Positions 1-10,960 of a DNA stretch of 64,000 nucleotides are shown piece after piece. The stretch is from contig MU057887.1 of NCBI GenBank assembly GCA_013265495.1, forward strand, positions 1,127,985 through 1,191,984. Direction: 5' to 3'. Within the stretch, counting starts at the first letter, position 1; each line of letters begins with the position of its first letter. Below the pieces are notes generated by a model. The model had not been told where the DNA came from, made no database searches, and saw nothing but the letters and a program-made list of their open reading frames with translations. Source of the stretch: Vicugna vicugna (lineage: Eukaryota). A program made the translations under genes and the position numbers.

Positions 1-1252
1 CACCGACCAGGGAGTCCAAGTAGAAGCAGGGGAGCGGGACCCTGAGACCCTCCCATGCAGATTTCCCTCTGGGACCTTGAGGGAGACAGGCTGCCCATGA
101 CCACAGGTTCCTGGGGGGCCAGGCTGTGTGGGGCACTGCTGACTCCACTCCCAGGTGACTGCCCCGTGTTTCCCACTCTGGGTGGACCTGATGTCCCCCT
201 CACTGGCTGAGAGTTCTGGGACTCATTCCAGGGTTCTTCAGGGAGCAGCAGCTGCCCTGATTATTGGGACTGGGCCTGAGGCCACCCTCTGCAGTCGTGC
301 GCACAGGCCAAGCTGGGAGAACCTCAGAGCGAGCCCTCTGCTACCCAGGGCCCATCTGAGGCTCAGTTTCCTCACTATGGAATGGGATCAGTGATCCTAG
401 CTTCCCCGGGCCTATGAGGACCAAATGGCGCAGCCCAGCCTGGTGCCTGCCTGGAGGAGGCAGCCTGCTAGGAGGAGGTGTGGGGTGTCGGAGAGCTCAG
501 AGCTCTTGTACCATCTTACCAGGCAGAAAGCAGAAGGATCTCTCTGCTCAGCTGCCTGTCAGCTGTGTGACCTTGTGAAGGTCCTGCTGCCCGTCTGGGC
601 CTCAGGCACGGGCACTGGGCCTGTGTGTCCCTCCAGGGTCTGGCTCAGCCACCCTTTCCTGGGAGCCAGGTTCCCTTTAGGAAGGAAGGAACAACATCTG
701 TAGCCTTTCCCCAGACGAGGGACGCCCAGGTCACCCTGGGTGGCAGGACCAGACCAGCCAGAACCCACCAGGAGGGGTCCCCGTCCGTCCAGTGGGTGGA
801 GGGAGCAGGCCTCAAGACCACGGGATGTCCTGGGGCAGCAGGGAAGCTGTGCTGTCAGAGGGCAGGGGCCAGGTGGGCACTCGTGGCCCCTTTGGACACA
901 TGTTGGCCTCCAACAGAAGACAGTCTTCCTCCCAGTGTCACCAGGGCAGAAGTCCCTCAGGGACCTCATGGCCACTCCTGTCCAGACGGGAGTGATCCAG
1001 TTGCCTGTAACGTTCTCCCCGAAGCCACGCTGCCCTTCTGCCTGCCTCCCTCCCCCTCCCCTCTGCTTCCTTTTCCCTTTCTGGGTGATGGCTTTCTCCT
1101 GGGGGGCTGCTCCTGGGGAGTTCGGGGCTGTGCAGGCCCTCCACGGACTCGCCTGCCAGAGTCTCCGGCTCCCTGCAGCTCCCCTCCTCCCTCCAGGAGG
1201 TACCTCCGGAAGCCACGAAGCCCCTCGCGGCGCCGAGACTGACGGCCCTTTG

Positions 1253-1326
1253 GGGTGAGGTAGTAGGTTGTATAGTTTGGGGCCCTGCCCTGCTATGGGA
1301 TAACTATGCAACCTACTGTCTTTCCT
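1253..1326 (+). ncRNA. MIRLET7A3: pre-let-7a-3 hairpin (5p 1256-1277, 3p 1304-1324)
   Basis: Exact let-7a-5p TGAGGTAGTAGGTTGTATAGTT, a-3-type loop TGGGGCCCTGCCCTGCTATGGGATAA, complementary 3p arm, and a CNNC (CGAC 1343-1346) downstream. Confidence 0.98.
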
Positions 1327-1404
1327 GAAGTGGCCGTAATGCCGACAGCGGACGGCGCCAGGGCCCGGCTGGGCGGGGCCGGGTGCACAGTGGCTGCCAT
1401 GAAG

Positions 1405-1505
1405 TAAGAAATCTGACTGGCCTGGATTCCCACTTGCTGTGTGGCCTGGGGCAGGTCCCCTGACCTCTCTGGGCTTCAGTTTCCTGATCTGTGAAATAGG
1501 ACAAG
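1405..1505. mobile_element. MIR fragment between the let-7 hairpins
   Basis: MIR core-like ACTTGCTGTGTGGCCTGGGGCAGGTCCCCTGACCTCTCTGGGCTTCAGTTTCCTGATCTGTGAAATAGG. Confidence 0.75.
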
Positions 1506-1863
1506 TGAGGCTTGAGGGAAATACTGGGTGAAGTATCCCAGGAGGGCAGGGCTCAGAGTTGACCTCTCTCCCCACGCTGTGCTGAGAGCTGATGGGCCCG
1601 TCGGGCAGTTTGTGCGGCCCAGCCCCGTCCCCTGCGCCAGGCTCGTGGGCAGCCCCTGGTCTGGACTGTGCCCTCAGCTGCATCCCTGTGGCCAGCCCTG
1701 GACCACAGGAGGAGGGGTGCCAGCTGAGACTTCACTAGGGTAGCCGGGCGGGAGGTGGAAGAGAAGAGTTACTTGGACACAGCCTGGCCCCTGATGGGTA
1801 CAGACCCGCTCCATCCCCAACAACCTCAGGTAGACGGTGTGGGAAACAAGGTGCCAGCTGCAT

Positions 1864-1955
1864 CTTCCCTTCTGCCCTGCACTGCCCAGCCCTCCAGCTC
1901 AGCTCTGGTGGCTGCGGACCACCCGGCAAGGCCGGGGCCGAGCGCAGGGCGGCCG
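1864..1955 (+). other. Degenerate sequence homologous to human mir-4763 (probably not a functional miRNA here)
   Basis: CTGCCCTGCACTGCCCAGCCCTCC...GCTCTGGTGGCTGCGGACC...GGCAAGGCCGGGGCCGAGCG resembles recalled hsa-mir-4763 and sits in the same position just 5' of let-7b. Confidence 0.5.
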
Positions 1956-1991
1956 TGGGGACGGCGGACCCTCCCATAGCCCGGGTGCCAG

Positions 1992-2075
1992 CGGGGTGAG
2001 GTAGTAGGTTGTGTGGTTTCAGGGCAGTGATGTTGCCCCCTCGGAAGATAACTATACAACCTACTGCCTTCCCTG
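1992..2075 (+). ncRNA. MIRLET7B: pre-let-7b hairpin (5p 1997-2018, 3p 2052-2073)
   Basis: Exact let-7b-5p TGAGGTAGTAGGTTGTGTGGTT and 3p CTATACAACCTACTGCCTTCCC, with a let-7b-type loop and a CNNC (CAAC 2089-2092). Confidence 0.99.
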
Positions 2076-2182
2076 AGGCACCCAGCCGCAACCCCACGGG
2101 AGGGCCCGCCCCCACGCTCAGCAGGTGACTCGGGGGCCTGAGCCCCAGGCCAGGTGGGCGGGAGACTGCCCACCTTGATCTC

Positions 2183-2290
2183 AATAAAAGCTGTTCTGAC
2201 GTCAATCTAGAGTCAGCCCCTGTTCATTCTGGGAGCCCGGGGCGGGGCGATGGAGGGCGTGTGTGTTGCTGTTGGGGTTGTGTGGGGTGG
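2183..2290 (+). terminator. Poly(A) signal of the let-7 host transcript, with downstream U/GU-rich sequence
   Basis: AATAAA at 2183-2188 in otherwise very GC-rich DNA, followed by TGTTCATTCT and a GT-rich tract at ~2259-2290. Confidence 0.7.
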
Positions 2291-5200
2291 GCATGGCCTG
2301 ACTGGGCAGCCGTGTCCAAGCTGGGGGTTCACCAGACTTGCCCCTCTGCACCCTAGTCTGCAGTCCCAGCAACCCTTGGGCCCTCCTGATGGATTGCATC
2401 CTGGGACCCAGGCCCCATCCCATTCTCCACCCCCCCACACCCACTTTGAGCACAAACTGTGGGACCCAGGCCCCAGAGGCGTCACTTGGCCCCCATGTGA
2501 GTGAAGAGGCCCCGCAGGCCCCCATGTGACTGGTGTGGACCCCAGGCAGCAGCTCAGAGCCCAGTCTAGGGCCCGGCCCCCAAGGTTACCTCAGCCCCCA
2601 GTGCCTGACTGGAGCCCGGAAGTTCCCATCTCCCAAGCCCCACTCCCTTAGGATACCTCCCGCATCGTCCTCTGGGACCAGGGCAGATGACAAACTTGGG
2701 CATTGTCCACCTATTCACCCTGTGGTCAGTGGCAGGTTACACTGGCCTCATGTGTCCCCTGGACATCACTTCTGTCCCTCCCCTCTCTCCGGCCCCACTC
2801 CAGACCTCAGAGCCTCTTGGAACAGCCCCTTTGCCCTTCTGGGCACTCGGCCCCCTTGGGAGCAGACCTGCCCTCACACCTGTGCACACCCTCGCCTGGA
2901 CCCCTCCCTGCCCCTTCCTGCTCATCATGGCTATGAGTGCCCAGCCCACTCCTCTGAATGCTCACAGCTCAGCACTGCCTTTGGCCACAGTGTCTTATCT
3001 GAGCAGACTGTGACCATGGATGCCCCGAATTCAACCTTTCCTCGTGGCAACACCTCTATGCCTGGCCCTGCAGTCAGAGCTCATGGCCTGGTGGGGAGCA
3101 GTCCAGACACACAGTGGCCATCTGTCATGATCAGGGCCATGATGGGGGCACATCAGGGCTGGGAGAGCCCTGAGGAACCCTGGACCCAGCCCTGCAGTCA
3201 GGGGTTCCTTCCTGGAGGAGGTGACACCTGGTTCACCCTGGGACCCTCTCCACCTTCCAGCAAACCAACTTCCAGTCTCTCCACTGTCACCAACTGGCCA
3301 TTCCTAGAGACTGGGTGTCGAAACCTGCCCAAACGTGGGCCTGAAGGGGATGGGGCCAGGGTGCCACCCATCACCTGGTCATCAGCAACGTGCGGAAGCA
3401 GTTTAATCCCAGAACAAACTGGATGAAGCTGTTAGTCGGGTCAAAGCAGCTAATGTGTTTGTGAGGCCCTGCCAGGTGGCAGAAAGGGCTCCAGCTTTGG
3501 GGACAGAGGCCCAGGGCCGTTGCTCTACTCACGAAACCTCAACTCCCCCCCAACTTTATAGGGGGCTGTGTGGGGTGTCAGGAGACAGCAGTTCAGAGAG
3601 TTCAGCTGAGGGTGGTAGGAGGCTGGCGGCACCACAGGGAGGGAACACAAGAATGGCCGGGGGGGCCGATGGGCCAGACCTGAGCCCTGGTTTGTGGCTG
3701 GGCGCCTGGTGCCCCCTGCTGCCTATTCAGGGAGTGGCTCCTGGCCCAGCTTGGGACCTGGGTCTAATCAACAGTTGAGCAGAGTGGAGAGCCGACTCGG
3801 GGCCCCCAAAGCTTGCCCCCTACCAAAACTATGAGCTCTGGTCCATGGGCCAGGACCGTGGTCAGACACGAGGAGCAGTCAGCTTTATAACAGCTCAGCT
3901 GAAGTCGAGGGGGAAAGTGAGGGATTGGGACCTTGGAGGTGGCCCCCGTCCCCAAGTGTGCAGGAGCCAGGCCTCCACAGACCCATCCCAGCCGAGGCTG
4001 GCCACCAAGGAGTGGCTGTGTTCTACAGGAGAGACATTGTGTCACTGTTCCTCCTGGGAGGTGACTCCTCAGAGAGACTTGAGGGACTTCTGGGGTGTCC
4101 AGGGTGGGCCTTTTGAGAGACAGTGAGCCTTAGGGGCCACCTCTGACCTTGGACCTCCTGGGAGAGGTGGCAGAGCCAGCCCAGCATTTGGACCCTACAG
4201 TCCCGAGCTGAGCCAGGGCCCACCTAGCCACGTGAGCACCAAGTGAGGGGGCCGGCACGCAGGGCCAGGACTAGGAGGAGGTGGCCGAGGCCCAGCATCC
4301 CAGGGAGCCACCGGTCTCAGGGTCACATGGCACAGCCAGCCTGTCCCTCAGCATGCTGGGCACAGAGCCAAGGCCCACATGCTGTCAGGGGCCCATGAAG
4401 CAGTTTCATTTCAATTCCTTTTCAAATCTGGAGGAAAAACGAATACAACAGTGTTGACCACATGTTACACGTTAGCGTATACAACTGACATCGGAACGTG
4501 TGTAACTCCGTGTGCTGGGGGACCGACGGTGTCTGCGGTGATGAGCCCAGCCTGGGTTCTACTGGGCTTCACCCAACCTGGTCATAAAGCACATTCTGTC
4601 ATCTGCTTTATGGGGGAAGCACCCAGGAAGGCGGAGTGCCCCTCACCCCCCACCCCCAGTCGGTCTGGGCCCAGCCTGCAATCCTGGCCGCTGCTCTGCC
4701 TCCCCGAGAGGGTGAGCGCCTCCTTCAGTTCAGTGTCCTGGGCGCCTCACTGGCCCTGGGTCCAACTCTGCTGTCATCCCCCTGGTCCCCCCTTCCTCCA
4801 CCAACCAGAGGGAGGCCTGGCCTAGGCCAGCTGGGCAGCCCCTGCCATCGGACTGTGCATTTTCCGACAGCGACACCGTGTGGCAGCAGGAGGCAGTGGC
4901 AGCTGTGAGCTGTGAGCCGCCAAGCCCTGCCCACCACCCACCACAGGCTGGGGGCCCAAAGCCCTGGAAGGGGATGGATGACCCCTCCTGGGCCGGAAGC
5001 TTCGGGTTCAAAATCAACCCTGGTGAGAGGGCCCCAGGAGTGCTTTCTGCTTCTCTGGTGTATGGGGCCTGAACTGCAGACTGATAACTGAGCAGCCCTT
5101 ATCCCGCGCCCCCTGCCGGCTCCTCCACACTCTGGATGTACCTCTGCCATCGCCCCAGGTGACAGCTGGCAACGTCCTGCCCACCATCGGCATCTCGTGG

Positions 5201-8200
5201 GAGGAGGAGGCACCTGCAGGAGGGTGCCCACTGTGTAGCAGACAGGGAACTGGGTAGCAGCCAGCAGGACCCCCTTCTCAGTGGCGGGGATGTGCTCAGG
5301 GAGTGTGGGGGCGGGTGGGGACGCGGCGGGCCCAGGGGTGAAGGCCTTGTCTGCAGGGGTCCCTGGAGGCCCAGGAGCCTCAACAGCCCGAGGGCCCGGC
5401 CAGATGGCCCACCGCCCAGAGGGGACAGAGGCTTCAGGCAGCAGCCAGTGGGGACCTCTAGGAGGCTGGGGATCAGGGGAGGGACCCTGCAACCAGCTTG
5501 GTCCCTGAAACGCCATGGAGGGGGCCCAGCGTGTAGCTGAAGGAACACACGGTCAGGAGACCACCCAGCGGAAGTCCAGGCTCAGCCACACACCAGCTGT
5601 GTGGCGGAGGGCAAGCCCCTGGCCCTCTCTGAACCCATCTCCTCACTCAGGCTGAGGATAAGAAGACTGGCCCTTGCAGGTCCTGTAGGGTTCATGGACA
5701 GCGAGCACTGGCCAGGTAAGCAGGCTCCACGGGGTGAGGAGACGAGGGTCCGGCGCCTCTGGACGAGCCAGAACCCATGGCCTCCCATGAAGGCCCCACG
5801 GCCTGCCTCCCCCAGACAGCCAAGAGGCTGCCCCACCCCCAGGCCGGCAGCACTGCACTGCTCCCTGTGTCTCTCTGTCCTCTCTCCAGCTCACTTTCTT
5901 CCCTCCTTGGAGCTGTCATTACCCTCCAGCCAAAGGAAACTGGGGGACACCTGTGGTGGAACAAGGGGTTCGTTGGTCTTTGCAACCAGAGAACCATGGG
6001 GCGTCTCAACAGTAGGTGCGCTGGGTGCAAGGCAGGTCTGAGGGGCGGCTGTGCTCTGGACCAGAAGCTGTCAGGAAGGGGGCTGACGGCGATGGCCTGT
6101 CCTAAACTCTGTGGGCGGCGGGGGGGGGGGCTGGAGCCAGCGGCGGCTGTGAGTTGCCAGGGAAGCAGCGGCCACTCCCATCATCTGGAAGGGGGAGGTT
6201 TAAACACTTTATGTGGCCCAGGCGACGTCCAGGCTGTCGTCTGTGTTCCAGGATTACCAGGGCAGGTGTTGGTGTTCTGTGATACCGTTTGTGTCCACAG
6301 GAGGACACCCAGGCCCAGCTGATGTCCCAGGCTGCTCCCGGCTACCAGGGCCTCTTTCTCTCAGCACCACCAGCCGTGTTCCTTATCCAGGTGGGTGGGT
6401 CCATCCCCTGCCCCACAAGGCTCTGGGCTCCAGGGGCTGTGTCCCTCGTTTCTGCAGCCTCCCAGCCCCTAGCCCAAGGCCTGGTGCAGAGGGTGTTTAA
6501 TAAATGCCTACTGAGTGAACAAGCGAATTAGCATGAACACAGGCAGGTGGGGCGAACCCAGCACCATAAGGGAAACTGGCCGGAGAAGCAGTGGCACAGG
6601 TGGGCAGTAGGAAGCAGCACTGGGGACCCCAAACATCCAGGCTGAGGAGGGTGCTGGCTGTCCCCTGAAAAGTCCCTGAGATGCTCTTGGACTCAGGGGG
6701 CTCCTTGGATGAACACACCCAGAGCTGCTGCCCACAGTGCTCGCTTTTGGAGTCACACAGCTGTGAGCCCATTAAAGGTTCTGACCAAGGCCTGCAGAGA
6801 GGAGACACCTGTTTGAATTGATTTAACTTGCAGTTTCCCAGCCAGGCCTGACCACACCAGCCCAGCCAGTCAAGTCATACCAGTGGCCATTCCACAGAAC
6901 AGGAGCACGGCCTAGCTGCTCTGCATTTGCCAAAGGTCCCTCTGGCTGCCATGAGGGGAGAGGGCCTTGGGGAGGCAGCGGGCCCTAGGAGGCGGTGGCC
7001 ACTGGGCTCAGGCCAAAGCAGATGTGCTTGGACCATGGTGGTAACCCAGGAGAGCTTTGAAGTGGGTGGGTTTGAGAAACATTGGGAGGTGAAGCCAAAG
7101 AGACACCAACCTAAGGCTGACTAGGGCAGAGGTGGGGAGTGGCAGGGGAGGCCCAGGCCTCCGGGTTGGTGGGCGGACACCTAGTGAAGCAGAGGAGCCA
7201 GGCTGGGAACAGGCACAGAGCAGGTGAGGTTTGGGACAAGCCCCATGTGAGGTGTTCTGGGGACTGACCTGGGGGACCCCACTTGAGCTGGAGGCTGGTC
7301 CATGCGGCCAGCCCAGCCACTGTGCCCCCACCCTCCCTACACACCTGCCCAGGGCACCCGAGAGAGATCCCCGGGCTTCCTGGGCCCTTGGGGTCAGGGA
7401 GTGCTCCGCACGCCCTGCCCCCATGGCCACAGCAGTGGGAACAGCAGCAGGGGTGGGGCCCAAGGACCCAGGCCCAGCGGGTCCCAGGACAGAGCTTAGA
7501 GCCGGGTAGTGAGTCATGGTGGTCTGAGAAGGCCCAGGGCAAGACAGGAGCTGACGCACAGGGCTTCTGTTCTCAGATAAGGCCCTCTTCCTGATAGAGT
7601 CCAGGCGGCCACTTTGCTCCCGCTAAGGTGGACACTCAGGAGCGAGGCAGGTGGGCCTCTTCGCCTGTGGTCACGAGGTTGGAGGGGTTTCCTGCTGGTT
7701 TCCCAGCCAACAGTGGGCTCTGAGAAGGGTGCTGGGGACAGCAGGGTGGGGGTCTCGGCTTGGCCAGGGCAGACAGACCAGACCCACTGGCAGCAGATGG
7801 CTCAAGCTGGGCTGTAACCTGAGTCCCTGCAGGGCTGGGCCGGGCTCCCCATGCTCTCTAAGCCACTTTAGCTGGGCCACCGGGCCACTGGGCCAGGGGC
7901 CCTGAGCACAACCAAAGAGGAAATGGGCACTGGGCCGGTGCCAGGAGCCTCGCCTCCCTGAGGGACCCACAGAGTTCCTGGCTCTTCTGTGAGCTCAGTT
8001 TCCCCACGTGCATGCGAGGAGAACCTGGACTTGAAGGTCCAGGACCTGCAGCTGTGTGCTCAGGATGGGCTGTCTCTGGTCCAGCCTCTGAGGTGAGGCC
8101 CAGACTGACCACCAGGTGGCGCCCTGCACTCGATGAAAAGTGCAGCTCTGGCTGGGGAAGGGCGGCCTGCGGATGCTGCCCAGTCACAGGCAGTGGGGGT

Positions 8201-10639
8201 CCGTGAGGCCTGAATGGTCCCCACAGCCCTGAGGCCCAGCAGCCCTCGGGGTCACAAACAAGGGGGCAGGGTGGAATCAGCATCAGCCTGGCAGCCACTG
8301 CAGGAGGCAGGGCCTCTCCCCTCCCTACACCCCCCGGGGTGGGTATAGTGCTCTGGGCACTGTGAGGGGGAGGGACATCCCCCACTTCCAGCCACCGGGA
8401 GTACTGCTGTCCCCTGCCCCTTCCACACACTGGACAGAGGTCTAACTGGTGGGCTGGAGTCTGACCCTGTGTCTGTCTGCCCTTCTCCCCGCATCGGACC
8501 ACAAGACCTTTGCCTCTCTCAGCCTCCTCCCCAACTGCGGAACAGAAGATAACCACCTCACCCCTCCCCTCTGTCCCTGGCCACCCTTCTGTGTGCCCGC
8601 CCCTGCAGATGCGGGTGTCCCCCCCCAGGGCCGCCCTGTGAAATGGAGGCTACCACCTGGGCCAGGCTGCAGAAGGCTGTGTGGCCCGAGGTCTCACCCA
8701 GTTGGACCACAGAAGGGCCAGTAGGAAAGCTCCGGTTGTCCACCAATTGATGGTTGGCAGGAGGCCTGGGTGGGGGCATCTAGGGGTCTCTTCTGGTCCC
8801 ACAACTGGGGCTGAGTCAGATTTCCCATCCCTGAACCCGAGCTAGAGAGGTCAGCACCATGTCCAGAATCACACAGCGGTGTCCCTCTGGCACAGGGTCT
8901 CCCTCACTACCCTCTCATAGCCCTTGAGCCCAGCCACTGGACCGTGGGCAGTAAACACTGTTGTTACCTGCAAGGTCACTGCTCAGTGGCCCTGGGCAGT
9001 CACCATCCCCCTAGATGCTCAGGGAGCCCCACTCCCAAGGGAGTCCTGGGGGTGTTGTCCCTCAGCTGCAAAGAGGTACCCCCCCCCAAAGCTGTGGGCT
9101 CACAAGGACAGACCAGTGGTGGGGTGGGCAGGGGGCACGGGAATGGCCACGGGCAAGTGGGTAGGTACCACCCCTGGGCAGCTGGGCAGGTGCCATCCCC
9201 GGCAGCTGAGGGGAGCCAGGCGCACAGGGCACGGGAGCCACAGGCCCCTTAGCCAGGCTGACCCTTGCCCCAGTGAGGGGCAAGCAGCCTGGTGGGTGAG
9301 CTGCCCCACTGGCAGCAGGCAGGGGTGGCTGCTGGCCTGGCCCCAACAGAGCAGGCTTGGAGTTGGGCTAAGCCAGGTGGGCTCAGCTGTTCCAGCAGAT
9401 CCTGGTGACCAGGGCAGTGTTCAGCTGGGCATCTTGTCTGGGAGATGATGAGATGTGCGGCCTCACTGGGCCTGAAGGTGGTCCCAAGGAGGCCAAGTCC
9501 AGGCCACTGTCCCACCCAGCCCAGGGCCGGGCCCCAGACAGGTCTGATGCCCAGAGAGAGCGAATCGCCGGGGCCCGAGGGGCCAGACATCACCCAGCCC
9601 TCCTCTACCTGGTTCACAGCCTCGACTTGATCGCCTCCAGCTCCGAGGGGCTCACTCACAGCAACCCTCTGCCTCCAGCTTCCCTCCAGCCGCAGGAAGC
9701 CGCTGCCACCCGGAGCACGTGGCACCCAGCTTCTTCTCACCCTAGACCTCTGCCTGGGTCACCCTCCTGCTGCCCCCCTCCCCAGTCACCTCCGCCAGGC
9801 CTTCCGTTACAGCCACCAGCTTCTGTTAACTATGCGCCCTGTGCTGTCATGCCATCTGACCCTCCTGTGGGTGTTTTTTTTTTCCCTTCATCTTAATGGT
9901 GAAAAATCTGCCCAAGGCCCCACAGCCTGGAAGACGCCCATTCAGAAGCACCCAGGGCCCCAGGCAGACTTACACAAACACAGTCTTGCCCAGCCTTGCC
10001 TCCACCAGCGTGCGCCAGAGGCAGGAGTCTGGCCTCTCTCACCTCTGAGGAGGAGCCTTCTGGCTGCAGTCTTTCCTCTCTGCTTACACAATTGTACCCA
10101 GACATCCCTGAGTCCTGGTACCTGTGGACAGCTGACGGGGGAGGGGGAGGGGCTTGGGGTCCGGGGCAGTCTCAACTCCAGACTGGCCAGAACAGAATGC
10201 TCATCACTGCGAAGAATCAGCTGGGTGGTGCAGCCCTCTAAGTTATCCTTTGTTCAAGACATTCCAGCTGGGAGACAGACCCAAAACAGGCACTGACTAC
10301 GCTGGAGGGTTAGGGGAGCAGTGCCCTGGGGCCTGGGAGGCACAGGGAAGGAGGAAGGACCACACAGCAGAGGTGGAGTGGGGGAAAGATCATGGAGAGC
10401 CCCCTGGGATGGGTAAGTCCTGAGATGGGTTTTGTAGGATGAGTAGGAGTTTGCCAGCTACAGAGTAGGAAAAAGAATGAGAAGCCCCCACACTCACACT
10501 TGGATTGTATGTGTGTATTATGGGGCCTGCAGGGGTTGCCACATGGTATACTGATGGGGTGGGTGGGCCAGGGACCCTTTGTAGGCCCTGGGATCCCTCA
10601 TGCCCAAAAGGGCAGATCATTTCTAGAGTCAGTCTCAGA

Positions 10640-10960
10640 ATGAATCAGGAACCTTTAATTGCAAGTAACAGAAACCCAAGCTAAACCAGCTTAGGCCCAG
10701 AGGGGATTTACAGCCTTATGTAACAAAAAATCCAGCAATTGGACCAGCGTCAGACATGGCTGGGTCAAAGGGTGTCCTCTGGACTCTGCCTCCCCATTTC
10801 TGGTAACTGCTTCCCTCTGTGGGTCCCCACCCTCAGCAGGTCCCCTTGAAAAGGCAGAGATGGCCATGCCTCCAGACCCCAACTCCCACCCCATGGAAGG
10901 CTCTCTCCCCTTCTTCAGCAGTGAGGGACAAAGGCTCAGCCCTGAACCACGGGCTGTGCA
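10640..10960. mobile_element. Old ERVL-MaLR (MLT1J/K-like) LTR fragment
   Basis: TTGCAAGTAACAGAAACCCAAGCTAAACCAGCTTA...AGACATGGCTGGGTCAAAGG is typical of MLT1J/K. Boundaries approximate. Confidence 0.6.

Larger units (their letters stand above)
1..2210 (+). ncRNA. MIRLET7BHG: 3' part of the let-7a-3/let-7b host transcript (pri-miRNA); 5' end lies upstream of the window
   Basis: Two let-7 hairpins on + about 0.7 kb apart, then AATAAA at 2183-2188. The order let-7a-3, let-7b, PPARA matches the known mammalian locus. The 3' end is approximate. Confidence 0.65.

Noticed and set aside
559..1683. 374-aa minus-strand ORF over let-7a-3
   Set aside because: GC-rich stop-poor DNA. It runs through a MIR and the antisense of a miRNA hairpin and has no recognisable domain.
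1992..2075. Antisense let-7b hairpin (miR-3596-type annotation in some species)
   Set aside because: Any hairpin folds on the opposite strand, and there is no sequence evidence of antisense transcription.
2533..3426. 297-aa plus ORF downstream of let-7b
   Set aside because: P/S/G-rich translation typical of GC-rich non-coding DNA, a GTG start, and no domain or exon support.
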